A stretch of DNA of 64,000 nt from Tubiluchus corallicola (Eukaryota > Animalia > Priapulida). Made by a program: the position numbers and the translations under genes. The stretch spans positions 182,793-246,792 of the forward strand of contig JAQGDQ010000263.1 in NCBI GenBank assembly GCA_030141605.1, written 5' to 3'. The notes under the pieces are model-generated. The model made no database searches. It was not told where the DNA came from and worked only from the letters and a program-made list of their open reading frames with translations. Shown here one piece after another: positions 54,599 to 64,000 of the stretch (its first letter is position 1; each line of letters opens with the position of its first letter).

Positions 54599-55059
54599 TA
54601 ACCTTTTCAGTCCCAAATTATTTTTTAGAAAAAAATTTTTGGCTTGATACTTTTGTTCAATATGTCCATCTTGTTTACACATAATAATTATTTTTTATAC
54701 CTGTGCCCGCATGCTAAATATAGCCTGTATCCCACGGGATACATTGGGATTCAATGGAAGCATAAAATGTGCTTCATTTTGCAACTGCTGATATTTTTTA
54801 TAAAGTATTTAAGACATTTAGTAAGCATGTTATGCTGATCTGTACAAAGTCGTCTCTAAAGTATTGTACCTTGAGCAGTTTTTTATGCTAGGTGCATTTT
54901 CTAGTTTGCCATTCTATCACCATTTTTAGTCTATTGTTATTGGCTTAAATCAAAATAACTATTAACAGATCAAATAAATGTCAGTTTAAAAATCTTATTA
55001 ATTTAAAGGCAGAAAATATTCTCGTATCCCACGGGATACAACGGGTATGAAAGGGTTAA
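54598..55059. mobile_element. piggyBac-like TTAA MITE
   Basis: TTAAACCTTTTCAGTCCC ... GGGTATGAAAGGGTTAA; internal GTATCCCACGGGATAC palindrome present twice. Confidence 0.5.
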
Positions 55060-55504
55060 ATTATCTAATAATGTTAGGATGGTAGCGTGGGTGGGCTGTG
55101 TGGCTGCATATTTTTCTTGTCAAGAGACAGAAGTATTTCACAAGATTGCTACTCCACGTTGTGTTACCTAGTTGTAAAACTTTTGCAACGCGCAGCCATA
55201 GAGCTACACCTGCATTAATTTTGTTAATGCAAAAAAATGTACAGTATAACACACGTATTGTTGTAGGTATAATAAAATTATATTATTTATGACATAATAA
55301 AATTAAGTATGAAACAAAATATAGGTTATAGACTGAAATGCGTTTTGATATGTATTATAGACACATATTCAGTGGTGTCCCAGATCTGGCGTTATAACGA
55401 GGTCTTGACTGTAATACTGTAAGAAGTACTGTAAGTGATACTAGAATTTCCTGACGATTTTGCACTTTTAACAACGTCGTTAATCATTGCAGTTGGTAGA
55501 AGCT

Positions 55505-56617
55505 ATGGAAAAGAAGTGCGCCATCAGAAACTTTGGACTCAGCAAGTTTCAACATGTGTTCATTCTGTATCTAGTGATTTTTTGCTCTTTAAATCATTGT
55601 GACGTAACAGCTGTTCAAAATGGAGCTGTAACTTTGAGGCTTTCTGATTTGAGGCAAGATGATGGTCTATCTTGGGAAGAAAGGATAGCAAAAGAATGTG
55701 AAAAAGAATCAAATGATGTACGTGCGATGAACTACATAGATGATGTTGACGACAATGTGCGATACGTTACACTAGGAAACATCAAAGGCCGACTGGGCAA
55801 TAAAATGTTCCAATACGCATCATTGTACGGGATAGCCCGTGGAAATAACTTTACTGCAGTGTTGCCCAGTTCTTTTAGCTTGTACGGAATATTTACTCAG
55901 TTGGAAATACCGGTGTTCACTTGCACGGCAACGTACAAACATTATCGACGTCAAGTGCTGGAAATTAAATTAATATTCTGTGATAAATTCTATCCCATGA
56001 CACAAAATTTAGAAGATTGTGTTAGGCAGAGACGGGGAGTTTGCATATCTGGGTACCTTCAGTCTCCTAAATATTTTAACGACTGGAAGGATGATATAAG
56101 AAACCAGTTCACATTTAACCAAAAAACATTAGCAAAAGCTAAGCGCTGTCTGTACACACAAATTCTACTGAAGTTTCAGGACAACAACATTTTAGAAAAA
56201 CAGATCACAAGAGTAGCAATTCACGTACGAAGAACTGATTTCCCGAAAATCAAGTCATATTGTCGCATGCCTTCACTCGATTACTTTAACAAAGCAATGG
56301 CTTACATGAGGGAAAAGTTTGCCAATGTTGTGTTTGTTGTGATTGGTGATGATATTGAATGGAATAAGAAGAACATTAAAGGATCTGACGTTGTATTTAT
56401 ACCAACGAGCAAAGATCCCGAGGTAGATATGTGTATTGCTAGTCAACTGTGTCAACACGTAATAATGAGCGTGGGCACATTCGGGTACTGGTGTGGGTAC
56501 TTATCCAATGGAACTGTTATATATTTTCGTGACTATTTACCAGACGGTTACAAAGACATCAGGCATTGGTTTGTGTCTGATGAATATTGGCCACATGAAT
56601 GGATTGGTATGGCTTGA
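55505..56617 (+). CDS. Alpha-1,2-fucosyltransferase (glycosyltransferase family 11, FUT1/FUT2-like), single coding exon, 370 aa
   Basis: Intact ORF with GT11 motifs GRLGNKMFQYASLYGIA, SGYLQS, AIHVRRTD, GDDIEW, HVIMSVGTFGYW and P.EWIG; N-terminal hydrophobic stretch; ttgcag acceptor at 55487-55492 just upstream of the ATG. Confidence 0.93.
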   Translation: MEKKCAIRNFGLSKFQHVFILYLVIFCSLNHCDVTAVQNGAVTLRLSDLRQDDGLSWEERIAKECEKESNDVRAMNYIDDVDDNVRYVTLGNIKGRLGNKMFQYASLYGIARGNNFTAVLPSSFSLYGIFTQLEIPVFTCTATYKHYRRQVLEIKLIFCDKFYPMTQNLEDCVRQRRGVCISGYLQSPKYFNDWKDDIRNQFTFNQKTLAKAKRCLYTQILLKFQDNNILEKQITRVAIHVRRTDFPKIKSYCRMPSLDYFNKAMAYMREKFANVVFVVIGDDIEWNKKNIKGSDVVFIPTSKDPEVDMCIASQLCQHVIMSVGTFGYWCGYLSNGTVIYFRDYLPDGYKDIRHWFVSDEYWPHEWIGMA

Positions 56618-56683
56618 CACAACGAACTAACTATATACCAGGTGGCCTAAACTCAATTTAGTTAAATTATTTTTTGTTTAGGA

Positions 56684-56689
56684 AATAAA
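56684..56689 (+). terminator. Candidate polyadenylation signal of the fucosyltransferase
   Basis: AATAAA 66 nt downstream of the stop codon. Confidence 0.45.
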
Positions 56690-56779
56690 AGTTCATAAAC
56701 ACAAATACAAAGATGAAAAGAAATACCACTAAAAAACCAACTTAAAAACTTATTTACAATATCATATATTGGTACCCTT

Positions 56780-58160
56780 TATGCACTTACAAATAAAATT
56801 CTAAAATTCGCTAAAAATCTAAGAATTAGACTGATACAGATTAATGATGTGTAACTTATGATGTTAGAATTTAAAATAAAGTGATCTAATCGATTTTTAA
56901 AAGAAAAAACAGCTTTTCGTATGGTTAAATGATTAGTTTGCAAATCGACAAACCTTTGACTAGCGCTGCCATCATAGGGAAATGAGGATAGTTTTCTCAA
57001 ACACTTGTTGTACTTGCAGTTCTTAGTATAGTTATAATAATATATATTATTATCATTATATATATATTAATTAATCGCCATTTTTGCTTACGTGTAGTTG
57101 CATCATTGCATTTATTAATATAATATTTATTTTTGAGTTTCCTGTTGGAGTTATTAAATTTATTTCGTGCCTTTTTGTAATTATCGTAATTGCTTTTACC
57201 TTTTAGATGTAAATATGTTCTATATAATTCATTTTTATTGTGTCTTAGTCTTGCGATTTCTGTATCCGTCCGAGGGCAAGCAGATTTTGCATTAGATTGC
57301 TGCTGATGTATTTTAACTTTTTTATATGGTGCATAGATATCCAGGCAGTATTCCATATTATTTATTAATGTGTTTATTTGCATGTCAATGTCAGTCATTG
57401 TGTAAATATTACTCCAGTCCAATTTGGTTAAAGTATCTTGAAATATATCTTTATTTTTATACTTTTTGCACTGAGCAGTATTTGTTGAACTAATATCGAT
57501 ATTAAAATCCCCCATTAATAAAACTGGTTGATTTTCAAGCACAGCACGTTCGAGTTCAATTTCAAAATGTTTTAAAAAAGTTTTATATTTTTGATTTGGT
57601 GGCTTATAAATGACACTTACAATGTAGTTTTCAATATTACACCAAATTGATTCTATTTTGTTAGTTTTAATCCCTTTGGCTTCGTTAAATGTCATGTGTT
57701 TTGGGATGTACATTGCAACCCCTCCGCCACGTTTATGTGTGGGACGGTCTCGACGTATGAGTGTATGATGAGGCAGTTGTATGGAGGCACTAGGTATTTG
57801 CTTGTGTAGCCAAGTTTCGGTTATTCCAACGACTAAATTTTCAGATGAACGAACTGTGTCTTTAAGCAATGCATGTTTTTTTGTCAGACTTTGTATATTG
57901 ATACATAGAAATTTCAAATTCTTTTTATGTTTTTGCATAAAATCTGTCAGCTCTAGGTCAATGTGGTTTTGCGTGGGGGTTTGGTTTAAGGGACTTGGAT
58001 TAGTTTCAGTACAACCAATTATAAGCAACATTTTTAATACTGTTAGAAAATAATCATGGTTACAATTATTTTTAATCCAGTTTAATAAAGTAGGGGAGTA
58101 CTGAAACTTGTAATATAAATCTCTAGTATCTGAAAGTGTGCACTTTCTCACATATGAAAA
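56780..58160 (-). mobile_element. Internally deleted CR1/L2-group LINE: 2A-like peptide + partial APE endonuclease + linker + ORF2 C-terminal tail, no RT core
   Basis: ORF 56997-58151 has NIQSL, GITETWL, RRDR...GGGVAMYI, IYKPP, GDFNID and DWS; ORF 56779-57000 has SFPY...FSFKNRLDHF, resembling the ORF2 C-terminus. Confidence 0.85.
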
Positions 58161-58424
58161 CTGTAAAATAGAAGCAGAATAGCAAAAATTTACGCACGAG
58201 TTATTTTCGATCCAATTTTGTGATATTATTCTTAAAATAGTAGGTTTGTAATGTAGTAGGTTTGTAATAAAATAGTAGTAATAAAATAGTAGGTTTGTAA
58301 TAAAAAAATTGATAGGTTTCTTAAAAATGCTTTAGAAATAACTCAATGGAAGTGTATTAGTCTGGCCTCTGAGATTCAACCTGACTGTATCTGCTCTTGA
58401 ACAACGCCGTGATACTATAGATCT

Positions 58425-59117
58425 TATTAAAGCACAAGAAAATCCTCCATTTACATAAGGCTTAAAAAATTCGTCTTGAAATTTTATACCACTTACATAC
58501 TGCGTTTTCACCAACAGGGCTTGTGTCGGCAGTAATGCGTATAAAATGGGTTTAAACTCCCGTGATGACTGTTAGGCGCAGCCATTTTGATGGTAGGTGG
58601 TTTAAAACTAGTTTAGATAACACCCAGTAAAGTTTGAAAAAATAACAAGAGCATTCGTAGCACACACGTCACTAACCAAGTAAAATTTTAAATTACTGCA
58701 CCTTGTCAATAAGATTAAAAATATTTTTTGCTTAGTTAGTGGTGCACCCTGGAGAGTGAGTCGGCAACATTTTACTAATTGGTGAAAACATTTTAATTAA
58801 ATAATTAATAATTTTCTTTTCTAGTTACATAAGTCAGTCAAGCAGGTAAGCGAAATGCTAAGTAACATAACTTTGCATGGAAAGTTTTTGGGACGTAATT
58901 TAACATTTCCTTTTCTTCCCCCTGATTTACGTTGTGTCTATAAGACGTCATGTAATGGTGTCGTCATAACAGTACTGCGGAAGATTTAAAATAAAAAAGC
59001 AAACAAAAAATCTTTTCAATGCGAGTACGAAGCACACATAAAATTCCTATAAATAAAGTAAGACAATTTTTAAGGCGATTTTTTGATACCAACTTCGGGT
59101 ACCCCGTTTTTGTCCCT
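58425..59117 (-). mobile_element. K3 copy 2
   Basis: Reverse-complement similarity to 47100-47770. Confidence 0.7.
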
Positions 59118-59119
59118 TA

Positions 59120-59350
59120 GCTGTTACAAAGTCAATAGTGGTAGATCTATTTGACGTAGTGACAAGTTTTTGCTAGACCACTACGTGATTTACATGGACA
59201 CAATTCTAAATTATTTGTACAATACTCTCGCACTAAAGTCAGAGCTCATTTCTCCTCTTCTCGTGTTGTGGGCCCTTGGAATTCACTTAATAGTGAAACA
59301 GTTGACGCATCAAATCTGCATCAATTTCGCAAATTATTGGAGAGAGACCA
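59120..59350 (+). mobile_element. CR1-type LINE ORF2 C-terminal fragment
   Basis: Translates as HGHNSKLFVQYSRTKVRAHFSSSRVVGPWNSLNSETVDASNLHQFRKLL. Confidence 0.8.
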
Positions 59351-60590
59351 GGGGCGTATCAAGACTTTGAGATGCTTATAGTTCTGTCTCACCCATCTCA
59401 AATGTGAATTTATGGTTGTTTATGTAGAGAGAGAATTAAAAAAATACTTGGTATATTAGAAACTCTATATTAACTTAGTTTCTACGTGTCCAATATTAAT
59501 TACATGTATTTGTATAGTGTTTATATTCAAGCAGGCTGCACAACTGCTTGTTGTGTAATACCTTGCACCTGTTCGTTATGTGGCAGTTATATAAAAAACG
59601 GCGCTCAGCAACTACCTTTGGTGTGTTATAAAATATTCCCTTTACATGAACACGATTACATGAATGTTGTGTTTCTTTCTTTCGGACGGCTCGTAGAGAA
59701 AACAAGAAAACATGTTGTCAAATTAAATAGGCTTATTGTGTGAGAATTCTACAACACAAAGTATGAAGGAACGTAAAATATGTACACTCAGTGAGAATTC
59801 CACAACACAAAGTATGAAGGAACGTAAAATATGTACAGTCAATGTGATAATCCGAAATATGAGAACCAAACTTGAGAAGCCAGCTCCGCCTTATATATCA
59901 GTACAAATGGACAACATCAGAACAATCTAGAAACTACTACGCGCATTGCGTATAGAAAGTTCTAGAATCTACGATTGCTTCTACAGGTAAAAAGATTGGT
60001 TCTACTATACTATAGAACAATCTAAGAACATTCTACAATATTCTATTTAATTCTAGTGGATCTCCACAACAAGTACACACATTTTCCCAAGAGAATAAGG
60101 ATTTTTTCTAAAATGTGATGCCCCTCAAACTTTTGCGCCCGATGCTATAGTCTAGTTAGCCTATTGGTTAATACGTCCCTAGGAGACACTGTCAATAACC
60201 GTGTTATGGTAGGCCTCTCAGACTTCGCAACCGTTTCGCAAGCAAGTACTAAAATTATTAAATTGGGCTGGTATGTGCAGCATTAATAGCAATATGTAGT
60301 GCTGAAGTGAAGATGTGGTGCTGTCGAGGAAGTTAATAAGAAAAATAATTAATGCTAAAATTAAAGTACAAAAACGAAAAACTTCAACTTACGTTAAATA
60401 TTTTCCCTGAATGGACATGATTTCATACATTGGAATGTCCTACATCGAAGCGTGGCATAACTGTGCTATCACAGTTCCGATTAGTTAATACATTTAAATA
60501 TAGGAGCAAATTGAGTTGTGGTCAAACAAACATCTTATATTATCTTTCATATGACCTATCCAGTGTTTGCCTACTGCAGCTACTGAATAC

Positions 60591-60664
60591 CTTCAAAACC
60601 AATAACATCATTAATACGGCCTGGTGAACTAAATGATCCTGGCTTGTATAAAGATACGAACTTC
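60591..60664 (-). CDS. Exon D of DH/RhoGEF-like gene (RKFVSLYKPGSFSSPGRINDVIGFE)
   Basis: tttgtag acceptor, 74 nt, phase 2->1, AAG|gtattc donor; continues the YxxxLxxxxxxYxP pattern of DH helix 1. Confidence 0.65.
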
Positions 60665-61810
60665 CTACAAATGTGTTATTGCACTTTGCGAATAAATTGT
60701 AATGCATTTCAGTAAGTTGTAACCTTATTTTAGAAACAATATCGGTGTATTGTCAACAAAACTTGTCCTTCTGGTTATTAGTTACACGTCTAGTTGCGTT
60801 TGAAACATTCGCTTTTTGTTGATAAACAATAAACAAGTACGCGTCATCGCTTGTTTATACGTTTACTATCTTGTACATATGCCAAATTATCACACGTGCA
60901 CCATTTTATGAAAAATTAAGAATTTCACAAGTGTTGTTTCTTGAGTGGTATTGACTAGCTGACTGACCTAGCTATTGGCGAGCTGAATGCCTAACTGATC
61001 GACCACTGGATAGCTAGCTGGCTGACTGATCTACTAAATGAAATGAGTAACAGTCTGACAGACGACAGAGATTCTTTGCTGATGATTAGAAGGGAAGACG
61101 AATTGCTCGTAGGACCAGTTACTATGGAATGCGCAATAAAATTCTCACAGAGCTAAAAAACGAATAAAAAATTTTATTGGACAAAAACACAATTAGGAAT
61201 ATATCTTTCGTTTCGCATCGTTTGAGTATAATAGCTAATCAAGAATGGTGGATAAATAAATTTTTGTAAATTAACTTTCCTTAAATTTGATCTTGAACAT
61301 TTTTGATGCATTTTGTGTTGCCGTTCTGCCAAGTGCTGCTTTAAAAACACCTCTTGATGTAGCTTTCTCAAAATTCGTGCTCATAACTCAGGCTTTGTAG
61401 TACTTTTGCGAGATAAATCTTATGCAAATGCTTAATTTCAACAACTTTCTTACTTGAACTCGACTCTTGCGAAACATCTTAAGTAACCATGGAAACTCCA
61501 ACCTACTTACATACCAGCCATTATAACCTGACATTTTGCACTTTAAAACCTATAAATGTAAGTAAGGTACTTTGCGTGTAGAAGGTTACTTGTATAATTA
61601 AGCAGTAATGACAACTTTAACTGTGACATTTCGTTGCATAACTATTAGCCAATATGTGATTAGCAACACTACATTGTGGTCAAGGTGTTTAGGTCAAACG
61701 CGGGAATTCCATGAAAACAGGCCACCTCTAGGCCTGTGAGAGACACGTGAGTTTTTCAACAATTTCTCTTTAAACTGCTGATTTTGCATAGCTCTTTAGT
61801 TTTTACCTAC

Positions 61811-61907
61811 CTCAAAGAGAAAATGTAATGTCTGGCACTATTGTAGACGTCATTCACGTGCAATTCTTCTCGCTTTAGGAATCGTTCAGTTAAACTTCGG
61901 CGCCCAT
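61811..61907 (-). CDS. Exon C of DH/RhoGEF-like gene (DGRRSLTERFLKREELHVNDVYNSARHYIFSL), start of degenerate DH CR1 helix
   Basis: ttgtag acceptor, 97 nt, phase 1->2, GAG|gtaggt donor. Confidence 0.75.
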
Positions 61908-62474
61908 CTACAACATAAGATTTTGCAACGAATAATCCACCACTTTTACTAATTAACGTTTTGCTTTTAAACACTAAGAAGTGTTTAAAATAATTCATTT
62001 AAGAAAGTCCTCAGAGACGTTAGGTTCTACAATTCACTTATGTCGTGTTTATATGAACACCTATAATTTGCATATATAACTGTGATTATTAGTTTGCAGT
62101 CACTACAGTACAGCAAACGCCCGAAGCACACAAGTTTGGAAATGAAAGCAGATCGTGTGATCAATCATATTCATGGTCAAGAAGCTTTTTACATTTTTTG
62201 CTGAGTGTTGTTTGTTTTTTGACACATCGTCTAGTACGACGTATACTCTGCAAACAAAGAGATATGTTTGTTTTGCAAAGCAATCTGTTTTTACAACTTG
62301 TGTATGTTGCGTGCCATGCATTAACTGTATAAGTTGACATGTATCGAATGTTTGTATTGGGTGTACGTAATCTATACTCTTATGAGTTTTTGCCTAAAAT
62401 AAATGTGAGTTTGTTACGATAGGATTTACAACGCGACAAAGCCAACGATTAGTGCAAATTATGACTTTCAGATG

Positions 62475-62790
62475 TGAATGAAGGAAAGAAAGAAAGAATG
62501 AATTAAAGAATGAATAAATGTGAACGAATGAACAAATGAATGAATGAACAATTGAACGAACGAATGAATGAACAATTGAACGAATGAATGAATGAACAAT
62601 TGAACGAATGAATGAATGAACGAATGAATGAATGGACGAACGAAAGAAAGAATGAATGAATGAACGAACGAACGAATGAATGAATGAATGAATGAATGAA
62701 TGAATGAATGAATGAATGAATGAATGAATGAATGAATGAATGAATGAATGAACGAACGAACGAACGAACGAACGAACGAACGAATGAATA
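62475..62790. repeat. (GAAT/GAAC)n microsatellite
   Basis: Directly visible. Confidence 0.95.
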
Positions 62791-63025
62791 AGAGAGCAAG
62801 AGGTTGAAGAAACGAGATGATTAAAGAATAATTCAACTGCTCGTTGAATGCAAGGACAGATAAGCGAATGGATAGGTAGGCGAGCTAACAAACGTATAAC
62901 CAGCTAAAAAATTTTGCTGGAAAAGTTGAGCTACGGTCGAATAATGAGGAAATACAATAATTTTCAACTGGCAGAAACATTTGACTTTCAACTTCACAAA
63001 CTAATGAAACTACGATTATCAATAC

Positions 63026-63176
63026 CTGTAAGACTAGTAAGGCTACTGTGAGTCTTCGAAGCATCAGAACACTCTTCTGTTAATTCTTCTACTATTAGAC
63101 TGCGTTGGGAGGTCTCCATTTCTCCATTTGTTTCCTCCAACTGCATGTCGGGACAACTGCCGGATTCTGATATCCA
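63026..63176 (-). CDS. Exon B of DH/RhoGEF-like gene (WISESGSCPDMQLEE...SSLTSLT)
   Basis: poly-T-aag acceptor, 151 nt open in phase 0, ACAG|gtattg donor, ends phase 1. Confidence 0.75.
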
Positions 63177-63720
63177 CTTAAAAAAAATTGCATCGCTTTT
63201 AATTGGTCATTTTCCCGGAACGAAACAAATAAATAAACAAACGACGAAAAGAAAGAAACTCATAGAGCAACAATCAGCGAACGAAGAAACAAACAAGAAA
63301 ATGAATGTCCATTAATATAAGCAAACTGTTCTATGTAACAATGTTCTTTAAAAGATACATTAAATAAGATTAGGAATATTTTTCTGGACAAAATCTGTTT
63401 TTCTTTTACGTTAGGAACACGGCTTATAGTGCACTGTTTACAAAATTAGAGTAAAAGTCAATAACAGACTAAAATAATGTATTCAAGTCTCTCTGGAAGA
63501 ATTATTAAAATTTAATTAAATTAGCAAAAATATTTAATTGTCCTTATCTGGCAGTCGTCTAATCAGTTAATTAGTGTAATTTATGTTTGATAAATATTCT
63601 TTACAGGTGAAGTTAAAGATGATGGAGAAAAAATGGTACACTAATTTATGCAAAAAATCAGAACCTAGTATGACATTGTAATCCTCAAAAAAGATTTCTT
63701 TCACATTAGTGAAAATTTAC

Positions 63721-64000
63721 CTGTTGCGTGTCGGTAAGCTGAAGTTTTGTACCAACTCCTATATCTGGCACAGACGTTGGTCTGGCTTCACGCATTTGAC
63801 GAATCACCTCCTGTATGTCTGGGGAGGAAGATGGTCGCCCTTCGTCAAGAAGTCGGAATTTGTCCCTCATCACTACCGGATGAGGAGAAACGTCGGATTC
63901 CGTTGAACTGCTACGACTGCTGCGCGGTGGTTCGTCGGACGCACGTCGGAAGACGTTTTGTACTCTCTCAGACAGTTCCTTCATTCTGTTCCTCTTGTTA
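63721..64000 (-). CDS. Exon A of large minus-strand gene (DH/RhoGEF-like protein), Ser/Arg-rich N-terminal region; 5' end outside window
   Basis: Frame open from the window edge (NKRNRMKELSERVQNVF...LTDTQQ), higher GC than flanks; ends at CAG|gtaaat donor, phase 0. Confidence 0.8.

Overview
AT-rich, repeat-dense animal genomic DNA. The 5S-derived sequence looks lophotrochozoan-like, but that is a weak inference. Most of the window is intronic sequence of one large minus-strand gene. Eight exons (64000->9526) reconstructed by hand from GT-AG sites and phase compatibility encode a Ser-rich N-terminal region followed by a highly divergent Dbl-homology (RhoGEF-like) domain, which is split by a ~36 kb intron. 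One linking exon is unresolved and the gene runs off both window ends. Nested antisense within its intronic sequence is an intact single-coding-exon alpha-1,2-fucosyltransferase (GT11). Tail-to-tail with that gene lies an internally deleted LINE carrying a degenerate 2A-like peptide and a truncated APE endonuclease. The introns also hold a 5S-rRNA-derived SINE (SINE3-type), a tRNA-derived SINE, RTE and CR1/L2-group LINE remnants, Kolobok-, hAT-, pogo- and Harbinger-like non-autonomous DNA elements, and many mini- and microsatellites. At least two minisatellites arose inside LINE coding sequence. All family assignments come from motif recognition by eye, not database searches.
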